Shown here one piece after another: positions 47,401-59,400 of a stretch of 64,000 bases of DNA. The notes beneath the pieces were generated by a model. The model was not told the DNA's origin, did not search any database, and was given only the letters and a program-made list of their open reading frames with translations. Origin of the DNA: Amoebophrya sp. A120. Taxonomy: Eukaryota; Protista; Dinoflagellata. A program made the position numbers and the translations under genes. Position 1 is the stretch's first letter. The number at the start of each line of letters is the position of its first letter. The stretch spans positions 2,705,373-2,769,372 of the forward strand of contig CAJINV010000009.1 of assembly GCA_905178155.1 (NCBI GenBank), given 5' to 3'.

Positions 47401-50400
47401 TTCTCATGCGGGCTCGGCATTGCGGAAGCTTCTCGAAACCTGTGATGCTAGAGCTTCCATGCCAAACTTCTTGTGTAATGCAAAAACAGCATGACTCTTC
47501 CAGACCCAGACATTTTTACATTTGATATCTGGTGCTCTTGCGTTTCCGTCACGACGCGCCTGGGGTCGCCCAGCTGCGCCAGTTGGGATTTCTGAAACGG
47601 CAGGAGGAGCCCCTTTTCCCGCTGGTACGCGATTCCCGGCTGGAACCAATCGCCTTCGGGGGAGGTCTCCCTAGCCATGTCGCCTCCAACTTCCGTCACG
47701 TCCCCGTACTCGTATTGTGAGGAAAAATCCTCCCTCCCCATACTGAAAGGGCACGCTTCTAAAAATTTGCAATGCTGATTTGTGACCACAAATCCTGTTT
47801 CTCTTGCAAGATGGCAAATCCAAAGAGTGCGCCGCTTTCTGGAGGCGGTTTGATGTAATGCTGTCGCGCCTATGCGGCAGCCCTCTGTTATGCTAAGCAC
47901 CTACACCAAAACACCCCTAGGCAGGCTGAGGCTTTGCCTGCAGTACCTCACTGCAAGACAGAGCTGATTTGTGTACACAAATCCAGCAGCAGAAATTTCC
48001 TTTTCAATATGGGGAGGGGGGATTTTTCACTTTGATAACTCGAGCCAGATTTTCAGGAACCAAGCGAGGCTCCCCTCACTTTCTTCCTGTTCGGCGTCAA
48101 CATCCCTTTCCCAAGGACTCCTCGCCCCAGGAACTACTTCTGTTTCACCTTCTTCCCCCGGCGGCGCCCCATAAAGCACCGTCAGGACCGCCTCGCCGTT
48201 TTTCTTCGACTCAAACCGCCGCGCCAACAGGTTTCGCACCTTGGTAAAGGAAGAAGACGAAGTAGAAGGCCTCGCTTTCACAGTGAAATCGCCCACGTGG
48301 TCGAGATAGGGCAGAGAGGCGGTCACGCGGTTTGCGACCTCTGCGTCGTCGACCAAAACAAAGATATCGGGGCGGATTCGAGCCTATGGAAGCGTCAGGA
48401 TTGAAATCGACAAAGTTGAAATAATTTCTCATGCATAAATTGCAGGGCATGAAGTGCCTCTCTTGCAGGGATAGCAAGTGAGGCCGACTGTCAGCCTGCT
48501 TAAGGTTTGAAATAGAGCTGCTGAAGTAGCATGACAAAAGCAGTCTTCTGTACCCAAACAGCATGACAAATTAGATTCCGGCGCTCGGAAAATTTGTCAT
48601 GCGCCGCTTGATAAGTGGGCCTCCGACTGGTATCGGTTTTATGCATGGCAAACTCTTTCAACTTTGACGATTTCGATCCTGACACATCCATAGAGCCTGT
48701 TCGCGGGTTCGAGCCTCTTCATCAGGGTCGGGCTGGGGCGGCTGTCCTGCAGAAGAGGTGGCTGCAGCTTTTGTTGCAGTATCGAGTACTGCAAATATGT
48801 CTACGTCTGGAAACTTGTAATGCTCCTGAGTTGTGAATAATTCACACCAGCCAAGCATGAGAAATATTTGCGCTGCTTAGTGTTCTTGCGCTTTCCGCAT
48901 GACAAACTGCGTTTTGCATGACAAGCCAAGAAAGGGTCTTTTCATCTTGGACACGCATCACAAACTCTTTAAGCATGACAAACCTTGCAAGCATCCTTCG
49001 CCTTCCAGACCCAGACATATTTGCAGTGCATATGCAGCGTCGACAAGCGCGGCATGCTGATCCTCTGCCTCCAGTATTTCGGTCTCAAGCAGCTGGAAGA
49101 AGCTTTTCCACGGCTTCGCTGCCGCATCGGGGGGCGTGTCCGAAAAATCGAGGAGGACGCGAGAAACAAGGTGCTTCTGGTCTTCCGGCTTGACCCCTGG
49201 ATGTGAGGGATAATGCAGCACCCTTGCCCCGGTCTGCATGTGCATGCGAAATTTGTACCGGGCTATCTGCCCGTTTTCCCAGGCCGCGATAAAATTTCGC
49301 TGCAGCTCAGTCTGTTGGACGAACTGCTCAATATCGGGCGGGCAATTGTCACGCTCTGTGCAACCGGCTCGGTCCCAGATCGCCTTTATCATTTTGCTGA
49401 ACTCGCAAAAAAAAGACCTGGGTAGTTCCTCGTCTGACGGGGCCGAGGGTGATGCTGTGCCGGGGGTTTTCGCGCACGTCAGTAACTTTGTTGAGAGCGT
49501 TTTTTTTACCCAGTCCTGAAACGAGTTCGCGTATTTATGCCCGGGCTGCGGCGAGAGATAGCCCATGAAGAAGACGACCGCGAGCCACTCCTGCAAACCA
49601 CCAACCGGTATCGCAAGGAAAAGTCCCCCCTTCCGAAATTGCAAACATGTCTTTTCGAAAATTTGCGACGCAGATTTGTGACCACAAATCCTGTCTGTCT
49701 TGCCAGAAGCCAAATCGAGAGAGTCCACCGCGATACGCGGGCGATTTGTAATCATGGTGCAAGGCCTACAGGGGCCCAGACGTCTGCCATCGACAGGCTT
49801 CCCCTTAGGCTTGCGATCTGCGCGCAGTGCTTTCTTGCAAGACAAATGTGATTTGTGTACACAATTCCCGCATCACAGATTTCCGTTTTGATATGGGGAG
49901 GGGGGATTTTTCATTTGGATAGAAGAGCCTCCCACCTCTGCAGGGTTGTTCCGATGAACCAACCCTTGCGGGAGCGTCGCGCGGAATTGTCCATGCAGAA
50001 TGTCGTACTCTTTACCGGAGCTACTCCTCCCCAGCCGCGACGTGGTGAAGGGTAATATAAATCCGTTTGCTCTTGTTGGGCTCGCGTATTTGTTTATCTT
50101 TTTCCAAGGCTGTACGAGCTGCAGTGGGTCTCGTTTCGGTCTCGGCTTGAGCTTGAAGCTAATTCCGCCTTGCAGCCAGAAGTACAGAAACCACGAAAGC
50201 CTTGCTCTCGACGGCGGCGCAGGTGGGTCGGGCGCCGGGTCTGGTGGATCTACCTCCGGTGGTGGATCAGAGTCTTTCTCTTTCTCTAGGAGGTCCGCAA
50301 TGGCGTGCGGTTTAGATCCTGGCGGTGTTTCTGGATGGTCGGTATCTGGCCGGTCCCCAAAAAGCACGAGAACTTTCATCGTATTTTCATTTCTTTTGAT

Positions 50401-53400
50401 AATCAGTTCCCAGAGCACGACGTACTTGACGTCTCCCTCACTTGGTTCGCCCCCGCCGCTATCTGGTTCCCCATAGGTGATCGTCTTCCACTCACCCCCG
50501 CCTTGCACCCCGTTTGGCGGCAGTTTTTTTCCTACGAGCGCGGTGGCCACCTTCAGTGCTTCGGCTTGCGTGTCTATCCACAGTAAAAAATCTACTCCCG
50601 CACACGACGTACAAATCATGCTGGCGGCTACTACATGGCTACTCTGCACGAGGACAAAAGAACTTGTCATTGGTCTCCAATGAATCTTACTCAGCATGAC
50701 AAGTTGGACTTCTCACAACTCCAATCTATTAGCGAAATTTCTTTGTCATGCGTTTTGTTGTACTTGTGCGGAAAGAAAGTTCGTATTACATAGTGTCCAC
50801 GAGAATCAGGATCTGGGGTCGATATGCATTGCAAATATGTCTGGGTCGGGAATATTGCTGCAACTCGTCATGCTAAATCCGAATCATGCAAACATCTGTG
50901 TTGCATGAGTGCCAAAAGCCGTCCACTCTCGACCAAGTTGGGAGGGAGTTTCTGATGCAGGACAGGCACGACAGAGACCTCACAGTAGAGTCCGTCATGC
51001 TAGGTACCGCATTCCAGACCTCATGGGTCATGGAAAACATGCATGACAAGTTTACACTCCTCCAGACCCAGACATATTTGCAGTTGATAGTAGACGGGAT
51101 TCAACAACCTGTGCGTCCTCCAGGTCCCCCCGCATATCCTGTGCAAAAGTATCGCACTCGTATTGCGCTCACGCATTACAAATCTTTTTCTTAAGGTAAA
51201 TCCGCATTATTTCTCATGCTGAGGAAATTTGTAATGCGTTTATACGAGTACGATACTTTTGCATTACATACCGCAAAAACGGCAGCAAGTCCGCCACGCC
51301 AATCTCGGTTTGTACTGACACGCGGGCTCGAGAGGACTGCGAGCCGCTACTTGTCGTCCCTGTTGGTGTAGCGGGTGCACCAGCGGCCTCCGTGAAGTCC
51401 ATTAGCATTCTCGGAGGAAACTTGTCTTCTGTTTTCTGCCGGACGAAATAGCCGGCTATTGTCTTTTCGCTCATCTCATAGTGATCGGTTTGTCCCTGGA
51501 ATATGGCCGGCGAGGTATCCTGATTAAAAACGTCCCCACACCAGAGTCAAGATTGGAAATCTGCTAGACAAATCAGCCAGCTTTGGTGGTTTGGCATGAC
51601 AAGTTTGTCCTCGTAGTGTAATCCTATTTAGCTAGTTCAGAAGCAGCACAGATCTAGCATAGCATGTTCGTTCTAGCTTCAGAAATTCCATAACACAAAT
51701 AAAAATGCTTCTCATAGGGCTCCGCATGAGAAACTTTTTATTTTTGGCATGCAGAATTGCATGACAACTCTCGGGTGTTTATGTACTGGAAAAGACCAAA
51801 TTAAAGCACAGAGAATTTTCAAATTTTCACAAAAGGAAACAAGAGGAGAACGAACTACGACAAGAAGAGAAAAGCATATGCTATGTGGCCACTGTTAAGT
51901 AGACAACTCTGGGGTGGGGACGTTTTTACACAGGATACGAGACTCCGCAGATTTTCGGGGGACGGTCGCGCGCTGGCGGGTCTTCTCCTGTTCTCGATTT
52001 GGGTGGAGTCTCGCAGATGCCTCGCTTCGTTTGCAGACTGGCTATTTCCCACTCCTTCCTTTCTTTCACCCCCCCGCTCTGGTGCCCGAGAGGCATGACG
52101 TAGCCCATGAGAAAAAAAACCGCGAGCTTCTCGACGGACACCTCGTTGTTGGGAAAGGCGGGTGGCTTGTTGTTCGGGTAGAGTCGGAGGTAAGCGTCCG
52201 GTTCCAGCACGCGCAGACAGCTAGGTAGGTATCGGAAAGTGGTGTCGACCCCCAGCGCAAGTGTGGAGCCGTGGAGTGGCAGGATAAAACCGCGGTGCTC
52301 GGGCATCTTGTCGCCGATGTCGTCGGGGAGCGTGGGCGGCCACGTGCCAGGGTCTTTAGGCTGATCCTTTGCCGGCTTGAACTCCCACTTCCACCTCACA
52401 TCGTACCGGAGCCAGACCCAAAGAAACCAGGCCAATGTCCCTTCCTCTTTCGGGGGCTCGTCCGGAGGTACGTCCGGATCGTCCGGCTGCGGCGCCGGAG
52501 GCCAGGTCGGTGGTCCCGGTCCCGGTCCCAGCGGGCCGCCACCGGCTGGCAGAGGGGGAGCGTCAGGCCCGAGAGGTGGCGCTACTTCGAAGAACAGAAC
52601 GGTAAGGACAATTGTGTCGCCGTACTTCAGCTGCCATGCGATTACGTTCTCGAGGATGTTCGTTATCTCTGACTCCTTTGCACCGGCCCACTTCAGGACA
52701 TCGTCCTCCGGATCCGGGATCACCTGCTCGCCATCTGCTTCCGCACCTTTGCTCGTGTGTCCAGCAAAAATAGCGAGGTTGATCACGTGAGCGACTTCTC
52801 GTGTGTCAACCAGCACAAAGATTTCCGGCATAGTAATACCTTCTGTACTATCAAATGCAAAAATGTCTGGGTCTGGAAGATTCCGGGATTTGTGATGCAT
52901 ATTCTATGTGATCCATGACGCATGTAATGCATGGTCTAGCATCACAGATTTTTAGAGGGCTTCCTGATGATGCCTGTTCCGCATGAGAAATGCCCTGTCC
53001 GCGTAACATAAACTGGAGTCCTGTTGTTGGTCATGCAATACAGATTTTTTCGGAATCCAAAGACAGCATGAGAAGTTGCAATCTTCCAGAGCCAGACATT
53101 TTTGCATTTGATATAATGTACCTTTCTGCAGTTCTTCCACACACCGATGAAGATCTATCCTGAGGAACGGGAATATGCTCGCAGCAAGCTTTTTCTGTTC
53201 CGTTTCGCCGCCCTGAACGCCCGTGAGATCCACCAGGAGTCTTCCCGGCTTCATGATACGGCCAGCATCTTGTTCCGGGGGTTGCCCATCGACTCCTTCT
53301 GCTGTTCCGACCACTTGCTCCTTTTGCCGTGCCCGAAACCCGTTCCGAATTTGGAGTCTATGGCGTTCTCAACTGTGCCGAACCTGTAATGCAAAAGGCG

Positions 53401-56400
53401 CAATGTTCACCCTTGGCCTTGCACTTTTGCCATTCTTGCATTACAAATTCATGGAACAGTTGAGAATGTAACGTCTGAGAGCGCCATAGAGTCTTCGCTC
53501 GTTCTGGGATCCTGTCTTTCCCGCGTGTGTGAAAACGGCGCCGGCTGGCTCGTCCTTCGGAAGTTCCCCCATGCTAACCTGTTCGTTGTTGCAAATATCC
53601 GCGCTCCCCGGAAACCGAAGCTTCTCGGGCAAACCCGACACCTGAATGTTCGTCTCCCGGCACGCTTCTTGCTTTTCCCGCAGATTGTCGCCAAGTAGGT
53701 CCTGCTCGCCAAAAGGCGTCAGATATCCCGTCAGGAAAAACACCGCGCTGGTTGCCGGTAAACCCTCGGTCCACTTGGGCGGCGCTGTTCCGGGAAGCGC
53801 GTGCGGAGGCTGGACACGGAATTCCTTCGCCAGGTAGCGGTAATTCTTCGCCGCGCCGGCCTCTGTATCACAATGAAAAACGCCCCCACCCCCGAAGAAC
53901 TTGGGAGCATTTGTATTGCAAACCTTTGTTCCAACAGAAACACTCGCCCTCTTGCATCTAACAGCATCACAGATTTCCAATCGTGAATAGCGAAAATTTG
54001 TATTGCAACAGATCCCAGCAAGAGTGGCGCTTGTCATGCAAGCAACGCTACCTATATACGACTAGACTCTGCATCACAAAGATTCATATTCCTATTCACG
54101 CATGACAAAAAGTTTTCATTTGGAAACTTCGCATCACAAATTATTGCAACTTTGGGGGTAGGGGCATTTTTCACGGTAATACTCCGCAGCACTTGTTCCC
54201 TCCGCCAGCGTTGCGCCAGGGAGCGGCAAGATGAGGCCTGGGTGGGGCTGCAGGCTTTTTGCATCTTCCTCCTCCTCGTCTGGCGGTTCTGGAACGTCGT
54301 CGCCTGGTCCGGGTCGAGGAGGCTTGACCGGGCTGGGTGGTTTAGGCCCGTCATGTGGTCCGGGTGGAGTAGGGTCGTCGGGCAGCACCGGGTTGGGTGG
54401 CCACCACAGTTCAAATTTGGGCGGCTGAGGCCATTCGTACTTCAACCAGAAGAACAGAAACCACGCCAACGAAAACTTTTTGTCTGTATCTGCGCTAGGG
54501 TCAGTAATTCCACCGGGAGGTCCTGGCGGATGGGGGTCGTCACCAGGGGGGACTGACGGTGGGGGTGGCCGCCCGGATGGGTCCGAAAAAAGCACGGTGA
54601 CCAAGAGGTTCCCCGCTCCTCCGCCCGCCGTCAGCTTCCAGGCGAACACGTTGTCGAGGGGTTTGCGTTTTTCTTTTTCACCAGCAACAACATCTTCCGT
54701 CGTTTGCAAAACGTACAAGTCCTCGTCGACGCCTCCAACTCGGTAGAGGTTGCTTGGATATGCAGTGCAAATATGTCTGGGTCTGGAAGCAGGGTGGAGC
54801 TTGTTTGTAGCGCTGCCTGAGCCTGCGGAATCTAAAAACATCTGTGTTGCATGAGCAGCAAGAGGAGTCCAGTTCTTGGCACGCGGAGAGGGCAACACTT
54901 CTCATGATGCGTGATAAGCACTAAAAAATCTGTGATGCTAGGACCTGCATCGCAGACCTCAGGGGCCATGCAAAATGTGCATGCCAAACCCCAACGCTTC
55001 CAGACCCAGACATATTTGCATTTGATATTGAATCCGGGCTGAGTTGCAGGGCTGCCGCGACCTCGCGCGCCAACTCGCGGCTGTCCACCACCACGAAAAT
55101 GTCAGGCGGAAAAGGTGAAGGCTGTCTACTTGAAGATTTTCCTTCTTGAACACTTCCTTGCGGGGCCTTATGCGCACCGTGATCAGCCTGAAAGTTTTCG
55201 CGAACGAACGGAAAAAGTTTCGTCGTGTAAGGAATCGCCTTCGCCATAGATGAGGATGGATTCCGGCTGTCAGGCTCGGGCGGCGAAAATAAAACAGGTA
55301 GTCCGGTAAGATCAATCAACAGCCGGGGGGCCTTCTCGTCCTTCGTAAACTGCCTTCGGGCGTCATACCCACTTTGCAGGGTGTGCTGCACGTGCAGGTG
55401 GTGCCGAAATAAGAACTTATCAATGTCTAGTTTTGAAGCGGTAGCTTGCATTTCCCGCGGTTGCGGCAGGACGAGCGGACCTCCGCTAAGCACACTGGGG
55501 AAATAGCCGAACAAGGTATTGAGGGTAGAGGAGTGTGATCTTTTTAGGGGCAACTGCTACCTCCCCTAAGAAAAAGCGCAGCCTGTAGTCAACATGCGGA
55601 CTTACTACTTTTCTTAATATTTCCTTCTGTTTTGTCATGCACCGAGCACACCATAAGTCAGTCACTTGCTTCCATGCCGTCTGGAAGGATTTCAGGTGGC
55701 CGCTTTAGGTCGTCACAAAAAGAGGTCTATAGGCGAATCCGCGCGACAGGCGAACTTTTTCTCTACTTGGGTCTAGCACTAGCAGCAGCTCCCGGGAAGA
55801 TCACTACATTACATTTCCCCTCCATAGAAGGGGGAATCCGGGCCGTCTAAGCAGATCTGTGGGAGTATATGCCGCTCAGCCGTATCACTTGTTCCATCTT
55901 TAGACCCGAACTTCAAATTTCCGAGTGACTGGCACGCTTTTCGGGCGGCTGCTAGACCCTGCGGCAGCTGGGAAGATGCCGTCAAGGAGTACCCGGTGAA
56001 GAAAATCTGTGCGTCCCACTGTAGGTCCTGACCCGCGAAATCAAAGCCTTTCGTTTCTTTGAGTTTTCCTCGAGACCAATACTGCTCGTCTTCGGGCGGG
56101 ATCGTTTTTACCTCCCCTCGTGGCTTCGTAGTGCGGTACTGGTATTCCGAGAACTTTATTTTTAACCATCCCCATGATGATCCAACTTGTCATGCAAAAC
56201 TACAGGTAGGACAGTCTGTGTTTGTGATGCAAAAAATTATTGGGAATGGTCAATTTATTTCACGGAATAACTGGTTCTTCTCCCAGAGCATGTACTTCCG
56301 TGACGAGGAGGTACTCGTGGAGTCCGTTTTTTGCGCCCAGGCCAGTGCCGCGAACCCCTGCAGCGGCAGAATAAGGCCTTGGCCGCGCGCCGTTTTGTCA

Positions 56401-59400
56401 CGTGGTTCCTCTAACTTCAAGGGGCCACCAGCACCCTGGTGCGGGGCCAAACGCCACTCGAAGTTCGGATCTTTGTTGGGGATCCACAACTCCTTGAACC
56501 ATGCCAACGTTTGAACCTCGGGCTTCTTCTTTCCCCCGCCGGAGAAATCCCCTGGGCCACCCGAGAGTGACGTGTGGACTATTTTCTCAAAGCCCGGGTC
56601 GCCCATACTAGAAGTGCCCGTGCTCATGCTGCTGTCGTCGACTTCTTCCTTCGGATTCTCGAAGTACAGAAGGGTGATCAGGGCGGGTTCATTCTCTGCC
56701 CTCTTCACCTTCAATGCAATCACATTGCGCACGCGGCCATCTCCACGGCCGGTCGTCCCGGTTTCGCCACCGTGATCGTCAGCATACTTCACGTATCAAA
56801 TGCAAAAGTGCTTGGGTCTGGAAGATTCTGAGACTCGTCATGCACGGTAGTTTGCATGAGCCATGATGTCTGTGATGCATGCCCCAGTGTCACAGGTTTT
56901 TTGAGGGATTCTTGAACTTGATGCCTATTACTTAGCATGACAAATGCCCTCTCCGCGTAGCAAAAATTAGATATACTCTTGCTGCTCATGTAACACAAAT
57001 TTTTTAGTTTTAGACATCCAAATGCAGCATCACAAGTCGCATTCTTCCAGACCCAGACACTTTTGCATTTGATATCACGACGTCCTCGCCCGTGCCGCCC
57101 ATGCTTCCGCCCTCATCCGAATGCTGGAGCACCTGGATATTTGATTTGTCACGCTCCCACCAACGTGTGGTCCTCTCTGTCCCAAAGATCTCCGCGACCC
57201 GAGTTGCACGGTCGTAATCTTCGACCAGGACGAAAATGTAGGGGAGAGGCGTATGGCTTGCTCAGATGTTACAATCTCAAACGTTACAATAGAATATGGT
57301 GAAAATCTGTGATGCAAGAAGTGCATGATCTAGCCTAGTACTCTCGTAGCAGGACTGCGCATGACAGGATCTGGAGTGGTCCTAAGCCGCACTAGAATGA
57401 TCTGGCAAAATTCGTATTGCAGAAAGTGGAACGCTTTGCGATTCTGTCATGCTCGTCATGCAAGACAACAATCCAGATTCTAGTGTAACGTTTGAGATCG
57501 TAAAAACACCCGAGCGGGGTATAAGGCGCCTGGCCGTCGCCGGCGTGTAGTGCCTCGAGCATGTCCACGTACAGAAAGAGAAGCAATTCACTCACGACTT
57601 CACGCCCAAACGTATCTACATTTCGTGGTCCTCCCCGACGAGCTCCCACCTCGAATTTGGTGAGGTCCAGCAACAGTCTGCCATGCTCTTCCCTACCATG
57701 ATGATCCTTATGATGATCGCTCGCGACGACACTCCTGCGCTTGTCCTCCTGCATCAGAAGCTGTCCGTGCCTGTGCTGAAAGCCCTTGCGGAGCAACTTC
57801 TCCAGTCTGGGACGGTCCTCACTCATCCCGGCGAATGCTGCTCCTTTCTCCTCAATACACGCCCTTGTTTCCGCCGGGGGAACTAAACCCATATTGTTCC
57901 AGAACCCTTCTTCCCTTTGGAGAATCAAACTCAGGTCAGCGGTTTGGAATTCTGCTGGCGCGCGTCCTGCTGCGAACTTTTGCAGGTCTCGATCATCTTC
58001 TGCAGGTCCAGCGCACATGAGTGTCTTGTAGTGCAGCGTCTTCTCGAGCCACTTTATCCGGTCTTTTTCCCGATGATCGACTGCTCCAGCGGGTGCGGGC
58101 CCCGGTGGGGCAAGATACCCCGTCTATCGCGACGAGAAATCCCCCCTGCTCACTATATTGACATGGTGCGTTTATTTCCAAAATTTGTGTTGCTGAATTG
58201 TGACCACAAAACGCCTCTGTGTTGCATGAAGTCACCGAACTCCACAGGCTCCGCCGCATTCTACAGGCGGTTTGAGTTTGTGAACATGCTGTTGCTCCTA
58301 CAGCGTAGACCACGTCTGTCATGCTAAGCCCCTAGGCCAAAACCCGTCTACTTCCATTCAGGCTTGATTCTTTGGGCCTGTAGTCCTCGCCAGCAAGACA
58401 AATCTCTTTTGTGTACGCAAATCCAGCATCAGAAACTTCGTTTTGATATGAGGAGGGAAGATTTCTCATTCTGGTACCGTCAGAAAAAACGCGGACTCGT
58501 ACGCCGTCAGGCCACCGGGTGGGTCGACTCCGAGGTCGCCGTGTTCGGTGAGGACTCGGTTTAGCTCGGAAACGTATTTGAACTTTTGTTTCGCCGGGCT
58601 AGTACCGCCACTACTTGATCCGGCCTCTGCTAGTGCTAGCATACTCTCCGTGGACCGCACCCGGGTACTACCGTCCTGTAAAAACAGGGGAAGGATGAAG
58701 CCCGGAACGGACTCTTGGTCTGTCAACGGATCCAACTTCGGGGGCCAAGGGGCAGGCTCTGGATCAGCCTCTTCCTCGAAGTCAGCCCAGAAGTCGAAGG
58801 AAAAGTAGAAGAGCCAGCGGTAGACCAGGTAGGTCAGGTAGCCGTCGGGCCACGTGGGTGGCACTGGAACCGGAGGTACTACCCAGGGGTCGGGTTTCCA
58901 TATCCACACATCATCTTCATGTTCCGCATCGGGCCCTGTACCTTTCCAGTAAGAAAGCACCAATATCGTTAGCAGCGTCTTTTCCCCTCGCCCGTCCGGC
59001 GGAAGGAAAAATTTCTCCACCTTGGTGAGCTCCAGACGGACCTGCTGTTCTTTTTCTTTCGGGTTTCTGGGTAGCCTAAGAGCCAAAGTCTTGCTCACAT
59101 CATCTGGGGGTTGCCGCGTCGGATCACGAGCACCGAGATAGTCCAGAACATTCTTCGTTTTGAAGCCCGTGATGAGTAGGATTGTCACGTGGTTGTGCTC
59201 CGGAAAATGCTCCGGCCGCAACAATTTCAACAGCTGAACCGAAAAGTCCGAAAAACGCATCGACAAATACAGAGCGATCCGGTAGTCCGGCGTTGCGATT
59301 GTGCTACCAGCTGGCAGCTGGTTTTGCCACCACTGGAACAGCAGGCGAAGCCGCCAGCGCTCGGCTAGGCCCTTATGGATGTGTCAGAGTTGAAATCGAC

